NCBI RefSeq assembly: GCF_000620085.1
Contig: NZ_JHVJ01000026.1
Location: forward strand, 52,248 to 68,247
DNA: 16,000 bases
Origin: Marinobacterium jannaschii DSM 6295
GTDB taxonomy: Bacteria; Pseudomonadota; Gammaproteobacteria; Pseudomonadales; Balneatricaceae
Direction of reading: 5' to 3'
A program made the position numbers and the translations under genes. The notes below the pieces were generated by a model that was not told where the DNA came from, did no database searches, and saw only the letters and a list, made by a program, of their open reading frames with translations. Below are positions 1-8,492 of this stretch, one piece after another (the stretch's first letter is position 1; the number at the start of each line of letters is the position of its first letter).

Positions 1-1
1 G

Positions 2-733
2 GATTTCTCAAAACTCAGTACAGAGGGCGTACTCACAGCGCTGGGGCATGCCTTTTTCACCCTCAGCCTGGGCTCCTGCGCGATGATGGCCTATGGCTCC
101 TTCCTGCCGAAAGAGGTCTCGATTGTGAAGACCTCAGTCGCCATTGCCGTCGTAGATACGCTGGTTGCCCTGCTGGCAGGGCTGGCGATATTCCCGCTGG
201 TATTTGCCAATGGTATGGAACCCGGTGCGGGTCCCGGACTGATCTTCCAGACTCTGCCACTGGCCTTTGGCCAGATGCCGGCAGGCACCCTGTTTGCCAG
301 TCTGTTCTTTTTCCTGTTGCTGGTTGCGGCGATCACCTCAGCGATATCGATGCTGGAACCTGCCATCGAATGGCTGGAGGAACAACGCGGCATTAATCGT
401 CGCCTGGCGGCGGTGATTGCAGGTGTCGCGGTGTGGAGTGTCGGATTGCTGAGTGTGTTTTCCCTTAATACCTGGGCTGACTTCTACCCACTGTCATTTA
501 TGCCGGTATTTGCCGAGAAAACCTTCTTTGATGTGATCGACTATCTCACCGCCAATATCATGCTGCCCCTGGGCGGGCTGTTTATCGTGCTCTATGTAGG
601 ACGTTGCATGAAACCCGAGATATTGTCACAGGAACTAGGCCTGAAGGGCATGCCGTTCAGGCTACTGATGTTCCTGATCCGCTACCTGTCACCGGCACTG
701 GTTATGGTTGTATTTATCTACAACCTGATCTGA
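2..733 (+). CDS. Sodium-dependent transporter, neurotransmitter:sodium symporter (NSS/SNF) family. The 5' end lies outside the window.
   Basis: The frame of the 83..733 ORF stays open back to base 2 (DFSKLSTEGVLTALGHAFFTLSLGSCAMMAYGSFLPKE...). GHAFFTLSLG...YGS matches the conserved NSS TM6 signature as I recall it. The rest is a run of hydrophobic helices. Stop codon TGA at 731-733. Confidence 0.85.
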   Translation, partial: DFSKLSTEGVLTALGHAFFTLSLGSCAMMAYGSFLPKEVSIVKTSVAIAVVDTLVALLAGLAIFPLVFANGMEPGAGPGLIFQTLPLAFGQMPAGTLFASLFFFLLLVAAITSAISMLEPAIEWLEEQRGINRRLAAVIAGVAVWSVGLLSVFSLNTWADFYPLSFMPVFAEKTFFDVIDYLTANIMLPLGGLFIVLYVGRCMKPEILSQELGLKGMPFRLLMFLIRYLSPALVMVVFIYNLI

Positions 734-779
734 TGCCCCCATCCCATGCATGCGCTTTGACCCATGGATTTCAGGCCAC

Positions 780-804
780 GCCGGGGTAATACCCGGCTTT
801 GCTT
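780..804 (+). terminator. Rho-independent terminator candidate after the NSS transporter gene
   Basis: GCCGGG (780-785) / CCCGGC (792-797) stem with a 6-nt loop, followed by TTTGCTT. It sits 47 nt after the stop codon, between convergent genes. Confidence 0.6.
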
Positions 805-843
805 AGCGCCAAAGACTTTGACTTTACAAAGCCCAACTGAATT

Positions 844-3048
844 TCATTCAGGCGCTATGCCTTTACCTGGCCTGATTAACGCCTCTGCTTCCTCGCCTTC
901 CTTTTCGAACAGAGTCCGGATATGAAGATCCCGTTGAGGGAAAGGGATTTCTATATCGAATTCCTGTAACGATGTTTCTATTTCCCACATATAGGCGGCT
1001 ATCACACCTGACGGGCGCTTAACCGCGGCCTGGCTGACCCAAACAACCAGCTCAAAGTCCAGACTGCTGTCGCCAAAGCCCACCAGCCACACCTGAGGCT
1101 CATACTTTTTGGGCCTTGTCAGTGTTACCGGAACACGAGCGGCCGCTTCAAGAACAGCAGTCTTGACCCTTTCCTTATCAGTACCGTAAGCAACCCCGAA
1201 CGGAATTCTCATCCGTCGTGTTGCATCGCGTAATGTCCAGTTCGTTACCTTGGCACTGACCAGTTCAGAGTTAGGGACAATAATGTCCACATTATCATTG
1301 GTATTGATCAGCGTGCTACGAACGTTAATCTCCATAACAACACCCAGCACCCCCGAGTCCAGCTCAACAAAATCGCCTACTTTTAGAGAACGTTCGAACA
1401 GCAAAATCAGGCCAGATACAAAATTATTGACGATAGACTGCAGGCCAAAACCAATGCCGACACTCAATGCGCCCGCCACCAGCGCTAAATTTCTGAAATC
1501 CAGCCCGATGGAGGACAATGCAATCATCACCCCCACCAGCAGAATCACATAGTGGGCAAGGCGTCCAACGGTATAGAGTGCCGATCCCTCCCCTTCATGG
1601 TGCTCAGCAATTTTTGCCAACATTCGACGCAACAATATCGATACAACCAAGGCGATTGTTACGATTAAAATAACCCTGAATAATCCAAGGACCGTAACTG
1701 GCGTATCTCCAATTTTAAACAGACTATCTGTCAGCAATCCTGAAGTATGGCTCCAAACAGTAGAAAAGATTTCCTTCGTACTGGCCCACCAATGCACGAC
1801 CACGCCTTCCTTCCTGACTAGATGCTCGCGACATAATTCCGCTAACGCCTCAACATTTAACCGCAAGTCTGTCAGTTTTCGTAATTTGAGTAACGTCTCC
1901 TGTGATAACCGGTTTCGTATTTCCAGCATCTCTTTAATTGATGCACTCGGCGGAGGCTGCCTTAAAAGGTGTGATTGAGAACTGTTTTGCTCTCGGAGAC
2001 TTTGCGCTTGCCACGTAGTGAGCTGATCACCCGTTTCCCTGATCAGGAGTTGCCAGCGCCCCTGCATATCGCGTACACCGGACAGATTAATTTCGCTGTT
2101 AGCCAGCAAGCTGGTCAGAACGATACTAGCTTCTGCAATTGCGACATTAAGCCTGGCAATAGCTTCATCTGACGCGGCAGAAATAACCTGTTGCTCTTTT
2201 AACTTGTACCTCGTGCTGTCTTCAGGTGTTTGAACACTGCCTTCAAGCGCCTGTAGCCTTGCGGTATGCAGCAGCTTGCCAGCCTGGCTGAGGTGTTTCT
2301 CCTGAAATAACAGTTTTTCCCTCAGTTCCGGAATTTCGCCGATAGAGACGACAATGCGCTTTTCTGCCTCGACTTTCTCTTCCAGCAATGCCTTAAGCCC
2401 TGCCTTAAGCTCCCGGAGGGTTTTGCGTTGACGCGAAAGGCGCTCCTTCGCCAGCTCCAGTGCCGAACGGTCAAGCATAATATCGATACCCAGCACGGCC
2501 CGGCTCGACTCTGTAACAGGGATATTAATGTAGGCAGCCATCTGCTTGTCATACTGCCGAACTGCACTCTCGACTGCTTTGGTCAGATACTCAACAGACG
2601 CTTGTTCATCTTCAACTTCCCTTTTTTTAACGCGGTAGCGGCTTTCCAGTTTAAGCCAGCTTTCAATACTGTAGGATTCTTTGGGTTGGGATGTCTGCGA
2701 AGGAACAATGGCGGGTTGTTTTCGGAGTTGCCCCAGGGCTTGAAGGTTAACGATAATTTGCTGCCGTTGATCAGCAGCTTTTTCTTTCAGTTCGGCAGGG
2801 AAGTCGGATATCTGGGTTTTCAATCGTCGATTCAGCTGTTCTACGCGCGACTCGAAGTCATTGCTTTCCGCCAGGAATCGCCACCAGTCTGCTTTCAGGG
2901 CTTCAGCCTCCGGAACTCGCACTTCTGACGCTTCACTGCTCGACGCCTCCCCAGGCTTGAGCAGAGCGTTTGGTAAGTCCTGCGCTGCGATTCCCAGGGA
3001 ATAAACAAGAGCAAGACAGGCCAGCCAACAGGCCTTAACTTTTGTCAT
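844..3048 (-). CDS. MscS-family mechanosensitive ion channel with a large N-terminal periplasmic coiled-coil domain (MscK/YbiO-like architecture), 734 aa
   Basis: N-terminal signal peptide (MTKVKACWLACLALVYSLGIAAQ). About 400 aa are rich in heptad-like E/K/L/Q sequence, followed by several TM helices. The pore-helix and beta-domain signature GFGLQSIVNNFVSGLILLFERSLKVGDFVEL...VVMEINVRSTLINTNDNVDIIVPNSEL aligns with E. coli MscS TM3 and the middle domain. SD AGGAGAG lies upstream of the ATG at 3048. Confidence 0.85.
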   Translation of the reverse strand: MTKVKACWLACLALVYSLGIAAQDLPNALLKPGEASSSEASEVRVPEAEALKADWWRFLAESNDFESRVEQLNRRLKTQISDFPAELKEKAADQRQQIIVNLQALGQLRKQPAIVPSQTSQPKESYSIESWLKLESRYRVKKREVEDEQASVEYLTKAVESAVRQYDKQMAAYINIPVTESSRAVLGIDIMLDRSALELAKERLSRQRKTLRELKAGLKALLEEKVEAEKRIVVSIGEIPELREKLLFQEKHLSQAGKLLHTARLQALEGSVQTPEDSTRYKLKEQQVISAASDEAIARLNVAIAEASIVLTSLLANSEINLSGVRDMQGRWQLLIRETGDQLTTWQAQSLREQNSSQSHLLRQPPPSASIKEMLEIRNRLSQETLLKLRKLTDLRLNVEALAELCREHLVRKEGVVVHWWASTKEIFSTVWSHTSGLLTDSLFKIGDTPVTVLGLFRVILIVTIALVVSILLRRMLAKIAEHHEGEGSALYTVGRLAHYVILLVGVMIALSSIGLDFRNLALVAGALSVGIGFGLQSIVNNFVSGLILLFERSLKVGDFVELDSGVLGVVMEINVRSTLINTNDNVDIIVPNSELVSAKVTNWTLRDATRRMRIPFGVAYGTDKERVKTAVLEAAARVPVTLTRPKKYEPQVWLVGFGDSSLDFELVVWVSQAAVKRPSGVIAAYMWEIETSLQEFDIEIPFPQRDLHIRTLFEKEGEEAEALIRPGKGIAPE

Positions 3049-3231
3049 ACCGAACTCTCCTGATCCAAATCAGGCCGCGGCAAGCGAAAATGCAATGCCA
3101 AACAGATCGTTTATTAAAAATCACTCCCCGGATAGACTGTATCAGTGACGTTAAAAGCCTGAGTAGCTCATAGATTGCTATAGATTTACCGGCCTGATAA
3201 AGCTCATTAATTATTAACGACAGACTTTATC

Positions 3232-4203
3232 CTAAAGCCAGTTCTTCTTCTTAAATATTAAAAACTGCATCAGCACAACAATTAGCAACATGACAACAAA
3301 CACCCAAAATGACCAAGAGTTTTCAGCTCCGGGAATTCCTCCGACATTGATACCCAGCAACCCGGTCAGAAAGCCCAGTGGCAGAAATATGGCTGCCACC
3401 AACGACAATACATACATTCGCTTGTTCATTTGCTCCGCAAGCCGGTTAGCGAGTTCTTCCTGAGCGACGGCGGCGCGATCACGTACCGAATCGAGTTCTT
3501 CGACGTAGCGCGTCAGGTGATCCGCGACCTCCCGGAGCGCCTGCCGATCATTAGAGCTGACCCATTTCACCTTGAAGGTCTGTAACTGCAGCATTGCCTC
3601 CCGCTGAGGTGCCAGATAACGCCGCAGCGCAATGACTTCCCGTCTCAATGAGGAAATACTTGTCCTGAGCGCATAGCTTTCCGTTGCAAGAATCATATCC
3701 TCGATAGCAGCCACCTGATCCTCGGTCTGTTCGATCGTATCTTGCATACGCTCAATTAGCCCTCCTGTCAGCCGAACCAGAAACTCCCCAGCGGAACGAG
3801 GTCCCTCCCCCCGCTCCAGCGCCCTGTAAATATCCGCCGCAGACAACAGCCTTCTTTTTCGGGTGCTTATAATGCGCTGCCCATCGCTCCATACCCTAAT
3901 ACCCACCATATCCTCAGGATTAGAACCCGGACTTAAGTTCACACCGCGAAGGGCTATTAACAGCTCATCATTTATCATCGACGCACGTGGGCGATTTTCC
4001 TCCATCAGCAGCGCTTCAATTACCAGTGGCTCCAGTTGACTCTGGTTGTAAAACCAGGACTGAACACGTTCGTTTACATACTCAAAATGCAGCCAGAGCA
4101 CTCCCTGATCCGGACTCCAGTCAGGAACATCTTCCCACCCATAAGTACGTCCACCGCCTTCACCATCCAACAGGCAGCCATAAATCAAACCGTCGCCATC
4201 CAT
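3232..4203 (-). CDS. zntB: Zinc transporter ZntB (CorA superfamily), 323 aa
   Basis: Length and overall alignment match E. coli ZntB (327 aa) as recalled. The C-terminal two-TM unit YVLSLVAAIFLPLGFLTGLLGINVGGIPG carries the ZntB-type G-[IV]-N motif in place of the CorA GMN, and the protein ends ...KKKNWL (E. coli ends ...HRSKWL). SD AAGGGGA lies upstream. Confidence 0.8.
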   Translation of the reverse strand: MDGDGLIYGCLLDGEGGGRTYGWEDVPDWSPDQGVLWLHFEYVNERVQSWFYNQSQLEPLVIEALLMEENRPRASMINDELLIALRGVNLSPGSNPEDMVGIRVWSDGQRIISTRKRRLLSAADIYRALERGEGPRSAGEFLVRLTGGLIERMQDTIEQTEDQVAAIEDMILATESYALRTSISSLRREVIALRRYLAPQREAMLQLQTFKVKWVSSNDRQALREVADHLTRYVEELDSVRDRAAVAQEELANRLAEQMNKRMYVLSLVAAIFLPLGFLTGLLGINVGGIPGAENSWSFWVFVVMLLIVVLMQFLIFKKKNWL

Positions 4204-4463
4204 TCCACGATCCCCTTGCTACACAAAAAACCGGGCATATTAAGAAGGATTATAGGTACAGGATTAACAACTTCCCATTATGAGCGTGCCCAGGTCCCTC
4301 AGCGAGGCTCCTGTGTTTTGCAATGAATTGAAAAGAGTATGCCGTTGGTCGGGCAGCTGACATGACTGTCATCGGTGTATGGAGCCTGACCGGCTCGGAA
4401 CAGAACATCGGCGCTTCTGACTTATTAGCAGATGTCCCGGAAAAACGTCAGGAGCAATATTAT

Positions 4464-4484
4464 CCGGCAAGTGAAACTTGCCGG
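4464..4484 (-). terminator. Hairpin terminator candidate downstream of the cytochrome b gene
   Basis: CCGGCAAG / CTTGCCGG 8-bp stem with a 5-nt loop, 10 nt after the TAG stop (4494-4496, complement). On the minus strand it is followed by AUAAUAUUG, an imperfect U tract. On the plus strand it is followed by TTT. Confidence 0.45.
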
Positions 4485-4493
4485 TTTCAGCGG

Positions 4494-5165
4494 CTAACCC
4501 AGTAACCAGAGTTGCTGCCAGCCCCAGCTTCCCAGCATGACGAATGACGTGACCAGTAACAGCAGCCTATTCCAGGGCACTTCAATATCGGTGGCGGGTC
4601 GTTGCAGGCTTTTATAGCCCGATAACATCGCGGCTGTAATGCGCTCTTTGTGAAACACCTCATGCCACAGTACAGCTGCAATATGCAGTCCGATCAGCCA
4701 CTGCAGTAATACAAACCCATCCATATGCCAGCCACTCAGACGAGCCACCCAGTCTTCGCTAAGTACCGCAACCAGCGGGCCATCGTAGAGCACATCGTCT
4801 GAAGTCCCCAGCCCTACCCCGACCTGTGCCAGTAGCGTCAGTAGCATCGCGGCAATCATCCAGCCTCCCAGCGGATTATGCCCGACGGATGCTGCGTCCC
4901 CCCGTCGCCATAGCGTGGGAATACTTTTCACTGTCGTCAGCGGACTGCGGATAAAGTCACTGAACCGCGCATAGCGAGAGCCGGCAAACCCCCAGAAGAT
5001 ACGAAACAGCACCAGCAAACCCAGCAGGTAGCCGATGATAAAGTGGAGATCCATCATCTCGCCCTGAGTGCCGCTGCGCCAGAGAAACAGCAGCATAAAC
5101 ACCATACTCCAGTGGAACAGGCGGATTGGCAGATCCCAGACTTTTACGCGGTGCTGTTTCGTCAT
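4494..5165 (-). CDS. Membrane di-haem b-type cytochrome (Ni/Fe-hydrogenase b-type cytochrome subunit / cytochrome b561 superfamily), 223 aa
   Basis: The N-terminus VKVWDLPIRLFHWSMVFMLLFLW matches the VR-[LF]-[FW]-HW start typical of HyaC/FdnI/YodB-type cytochromes b. It has four hydrophobic helices with His in helices 1, 2 and 4 (LFHW, DLHFIIGY, GLHIAAVLWHE). The start lies 11 nt after the b562 stop, with a GGGGG SD. Confidence 0.8.
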   Translation of the reverse strand: MTKQHRVKVWDLPIRLFHWSMVFMLLFLWRSGTQGEMMDLHFIIGYLLGLLVLFRIFWGFAGSRYARFSDFIRSPLTTVKSIPTLWRRGDAASVGHNPLGGWMIAAMLLTLLAQVGVGLGTSDDVLYDGPLVAVLSEDWVARLSGWHMDGFVLLQWLIGLHIAAVLWHEVFHKERITAAMLSGYKSLQRPATDIEVPWNRLLLLVTSFVMLGSWGWQQLWLLG

Positions 5166-5176
5166 CTCACGCCCCC

Positions 5177-5644
5177 TTAGTCGCAGTCCAGCTGCAGCGC
5201 TTTATGGCTCTTCTTGGTGTGAGCGCCCACCTGTTTAACCAGCGCCATAACCTGTCCCTTGTCTTTTGACTGCTCAGCCTGCTCCAGCTGTCCCAGCAGC
5301 AGATCCAGCTTTTCCATCCCCTTGCGGTACTTCTCAATCAGCTCAGGACGTTCATCTGCGTTCATCTCTCTGGCTTTCAGTGGCTGCTCGTCAGTTACGC
5401 TGACAGACAGCTCAGACAGTTTCAGGCGGGCGTCACTCATCGCCATCCAGTCCCCTTGCTTCAGGGCGCCACGGTAAGCCTTGAAGGACTTCTTCATGTC
5501 CTTCATCACATCGCCCAGGCGGGTATCTTCACAATGGTCTTCATGTGCAGCAACATTCGCAGAAGCCAGAAGAGCGGCGGAAACCAGCGCTGCAGCCAGT
5601 GTAGATCGGGTATTACGGATCATCAGATCAGGTCCTTTTGTCAT
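5177..5644 (-). CDS. Periplasmic cytochrome b562-family four-helix-bundle haem protein. The true start is possibly Met8 at 5623.
   Basis: Signal peptide (MIRNTRSTLAAALVSAALLASANVAA). The mature N-terminus LGDVMKDMKKSFKAY aligns with E. coli CybC ...LEDNMETLNDNLKVIEKA (Met axial ligand). The C-terminus ...HTKKSHKAL aligns with ...RNAYHKKYR (His ligand). No CxxCH motif is present. The ATG at 5623 has AAAGGA 9 nt upstream, whereas the ATG at 5644 has no SD. Confidence 0.75.
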   Translation of the reverse strand: MTKGPDLMIRNTRSTLAAALVSAALLASANVAAHEDHCEDTRLGDVMKDMKKSFKAYRGALKQGDWMAMSDARLKLSELSVSVTDEQPLKAREMNADERPELIEKYRKGMEKLDLLLGQLEQAEQSKDKGQVMALVKQVGAHTKKSHKALQLDCD

Positions 5645-6168
5645 TGAGTCAGACTGTCCCGTCGGCTCTCAGGCCGCTCGGAGAACGGTACTTTAGCAAA
5701 AGTTAATGTAAACAACAGCCCATCCAAAGTGGTTTGTAATGATCAACCGTAGTAATGCTCACAAACAGCCGTTTAAAGCGCCAGATACAACACCCGAGGA
5801 TGCCGGGCCTCACCACGCCGGTCGAGCTACAGCGAAACGCTGCTGACAACAGTCGCTGCGCCGGATCTGTATACTGGCTCCCTGGTTTATATGTGTCAGT
5901 CAGTGAGTTGGCCGACGGCATGGCGACTCCGCCAGTCGCTAAAACCGCGATCTCTAACCCAGGCGGAATAGAGCACTTAGCAATCCCGATAAACCATGCA
6001 GGAGGCTCTCCCACCTGATAGCGCCCCGGATAGTGAATGATGGTTTGCCGGGCATCTGATGCGGCGGTATTATTCGATGTTCCTGATTGTCTGGCGGCAG
6101 GTCCCGATATTAAAAGGCGCTTCCATTCGACAACACATACATACAACGACGCTAGGAAGGACAGTGGG

Positions 6169-7917
6169 ATGGCGCTTCTACCTCGCCTGGGATGGCTGTT
6201 ATTCTGTACCATTGTACTTAGTTTTGCCTCCCTGCTTCAGGCCAATACATCCGTATCACTGGACAATCAGGGTCAATACACGGTCACCGATAAGGCGCTC
6301 TGGCATCCTCTACCAGAACCCGCAGCTGACTATTCCTACACCACACTGAGCAGACTCCTGGAGCAATCCGGCCCTGCAGCAAATACGCTTGTTGGCCGTC
6401 GCGGGCCGGCGATGGCCCGCTTACGGGTGCATACCAATGCCCGGCAGAATCAACACTGGTACCTTATCTTCAATGCCAACTTTATCGACAAAGGTATCGC
6501 CTACTGGCAGCCCGACAATGGCCAGCCGGTACGACTGGCCGAATTTTCCCAGCTGGACGACCAGGCAACACCCCACCTGCTCCACTATCAGGCACTAAGC
6601 CTGCCGCTGGATGCCGCAGCCAGCGGCACCCTGCTGCTTTATGTGAATGCGAAACAGTATGCCTACCCTTTCTCACTGAAGCTGATGGATCAGCCTGAAT
6701 TCAACCGATACCAGTTTGGGATCAACAGCACCAGCCTGATTGCCATCTCGGTAATGATGACTCTGGCGCTGATTGCACTGATGCTATACGTCCGTACCCG
6801 CTATCAGGTGACACTGGCCTGTGCCGGATATATCGGGCTGCACGGGGTAGGCTGGGCCGCAGCCGCGGGCTTGATTAACGATAGCTTCCGGTTAGCAGAC
6901 TTAAACACAGCGTATGCAGGCATGCTGATATTCCCACTTGCAGTTGCCAGTGCCAGCCAGTTCACCCGATTATTGTTTAGCTGCAATAGCAAGTACCGCG
7001 GTATATCCCGCTACCTGAACGGACTCACCTGCCTTTGTCTGTTACTTGGCTGCCTACTACCCCTGCTCCCCTTCTGGCAGGCATTCCTGCTATCTCACCT
7101 GACAGCGACACTCTGGATATTAACGACGCTCACAATCAGTCTGTATATGCTTCCAAGGGAAGGATTCAGCGCACGCTACTACTTCACCGGCAACCTGATC
7201 TATGGCGCGGCGCTGGTGTTCTACATGCTAAGTCATACCGGTAATTTAAGCAGTTCACTATCACCCGAACTGGTCGTCCTGGCGGCACTGGCAATCGACT
7301 GTCTCTGCATACTGCTGTCGCTGGCTGAGTGGCTGAGTCATCGCAAACGGGAATACAACCGCAGTTATTACTTCGCCCGAGTTGACCCGTTGACCCAGGT
7401 AGGTAACCGTTATGCGTTCAACGAACGTCAGTGCGAGCTGAAGCAATATAGCCTGCTGGTTTTCCTTGATCTGGATGGTATGAAAGAGGTCAACGATAAG
7501 CGCGGACATGATCAGGGCGACCTGATGCTGAAGGAAGTGGCTGAGTTGATGCAGGAAGACCTTGGCGATCAAGGTGAGGTTTTCCGAACCGGTGGCGATG
7601 AGTTTATCTGGCTGGCTGACAGCCACCGGCAAGCCGAGATCCATGGCTTTGCCGGTGAGATAGCAACCCGTGTAGCCGGTATCGAGCAGCAATTAAAACA
7701 TCGGGGATGGCAGGAGATTGGTATTAGCTTTGGCTTTGCCATCAGCAGCGAGACCGAATCCTTCTCCCAGTGTATGGCACTGGCAGACCAGCGCATGTAT
7801 GACAATAAACGCGCAAAAGCACAGACAGACAAGCCGCCCCTGACTGCGGCAACCGAAACCACCTTACTGACGGATAAACGTTCACCCTCAGCACTCACAG
7901 CCAGGGAGATACGATGA
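6169..7917 (+). CDS. Diguanylate cyclase with a periplasmic 7TMR-DISMED2-like domain, a 7-TM (7TMR-DISM) module and a C-terminal GGDEF domain, 582 aa
   Basis: The track ORF begins at 6037, but the ATG at 6169 has SD AGGAAGGA (6154-6161) and begins a signal peptide (MALLPRLGWLLFCTIVLSFASLLQA). About 190 aa of soluble domain are followed by about 7 hydrophobic helices. The GGDEF domain then shows DPLTQVGNRYAF, DLDGMKEVNDKRGHDQGD and an intact GGDEF at 7591-7605. There is no RxxD I-site 5 residues upstream (GDQG instead). Confidence 0.85.
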   Translation: MALLPRLGWLLFCTIVLSFASLLQANTSVSLDNQGQYTVTDKALWHPLPEPAADYSYTTLSRLLEQSGPAANTLVGRRGPAMARLRVHTNARQNQHWYLIFNANFIDKGIAYWQPDNGQPVRLAEFSQLDDQATPHLLHYQALSLPLDAAASGTLLLYVNAKQYAYPFSLKLMDQPEFNRYQFGINSTSLIAISVMMTLALIALMLYVRTRYQVTLACAGYIGLHGVGWAAAAGLINDSFRLADLNTAYAGMLIFPLAVASASQFTRLLFSCNSKYRGISRYLNGLTCLCLLLGCLLPLLPFWQAFLLSHLTATLWILTTLTISLYMLPREGFSARYYFTGNLIYGAALVFYMLSHTGNLSSSLSPELVVLAALAIDCLCILLSLAEWLSHRKREYNRSYYFARVDPLTQVGNRYAFNERQCELKQYSLLVFLDLDGMKEVNDKRGHDQGDLMLKEVAELMQEDLGDQGEVFRTGGDEFIWLADSHRQAEIHGFAGEIATRVAGIEQQLKHRGWQEIGISFGFAISSETESFSQCMALADQRMYDNKRAKAQTDKPPLTAATETTLLTDKRSPSALTAREIR

Positions 7918-8014
7918 GCATCTGAAGGCGCTATTTGCCGTCACTTGTCCTGAATATCGTCAACGCACGGCTGTTCGCTCAAAGAAGTGTCAGGAATGTC
8001 TGTCTTTTCAGTTT

Positions 8015-8022
8015 CCCCCCCC
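8015..8022. repeat. C8/G8 homopolymer tract in an intergenic region
   Basis: Direct count: gttt CCCCCCCC ttt. It sits 98 nt after the stop of the first diguanylate cyclase and 471 nt before the start of the second. Confidence 0.9.
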
Positions 8023-8492
8023 TTTAATTACGGGCTCCGATAGTCGGCCAACGTTGCTATTACGAATTTTCAGGAGATAACCTGGTTGTAGGGCACTGGT
8101 AAAACAGCGCTTTTGCTTTAAAAACAAAAGATAATATTAAAAATCCGATCTGAAATCGTTATTATCCGGTCGACGACCTTTAACCAGTTTGTTTGAAATC
8201 ATCAAGCCCATCAGCTGATCCGGACAAAGAAAACTAAAATACGGATCTGACTTCTTCACAGACAATTTGTAATCTTACAGAACTGCTACATGGGTATCTA
8301 AAACCTATTTTGATAACCAAATACTCTGAAAGATTGTTTAGTCATTCCTTTGCCTATAAGTGACTAACACTTTTTCCTGAATTTTTGTATGGAATTAGTA
8401 TTCAGTAGCGCTTTGTAGTACCTTCTGCGCTCGAAAACACACGTCGGCTGTATCACGTAGCGCCTGCCTCGCGGAAACCGGAAATTCCCTTA

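Noticed and set aside
5928-5966. ZTP (pfl) riboswitch-like motifs on the minus strand: CCGCCTGGG (5966-5958) and GACTGGCGGA (5937-5928)
   Set aside because: The two motifs occur in the reverse order to the pfl consensus, which has GACUGGCG 5' and CCGCCUGGGC 3'. The intervening conserved elements are absent, and no purine or folate gene follows. They are more simply explained as mutually complementary segments of a local hairpin.
3126-6033. Identical 10-mer CCCCGGATAG in two intergenic regions (3126-3135 and 6024-6033), plus several TATCCGG/CCGGATA occurrences in other spacers (4459, 8162, 13546, 13559)
   Set aside because: In a 16-kb window on the order of a hundred chance pairs of identical 10-mers are expected. 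The flanks do not extend the similarity, and several occurrences are simply arms of unrelated hairpins. This is not evidence for a REP-like repeat family or a shared operator.
6000-6049. c-di-GMP-I (GEMM) riboswitch-like fragment on the minus strand (GGCAAACCAT ... GGGAGAGCCTCC)
   Set aside because: The highly conserved ACGCAAAGC core and the tetraloop/receptor arrangement are missing. The resemblance is limited to two short strings.
6037-6168. Upstream extension of the first diguanylate cyclase (track start at 6037)
   Set aside because: The extra 44 residues (MMVCRASDAAVLFDVPDCLAAGPDIKRRFHSTTHTYNDARKDSG) precede the signal peptide and have no SD. The ATG at 6169 has AGGAAGGA 7 nt upstream and starts a canonical signal sequence.
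5703-6212. 169-aa minus-strand ORF, and the 87-aa plus-strand ORF at 5755..6018, in the b562/cyclase intergenic region
   Set aside because: The composition is not protein-like (Cys, Trp, Arg and Pro rich, with no amphipathic or hydrophobic periodicity). There is no SD. The minus-strand ORF would overlap the well-supported start of the diguanylate cyclase on the opposite strand. I kept it only as an unexplained stop-free stretch in the findings.
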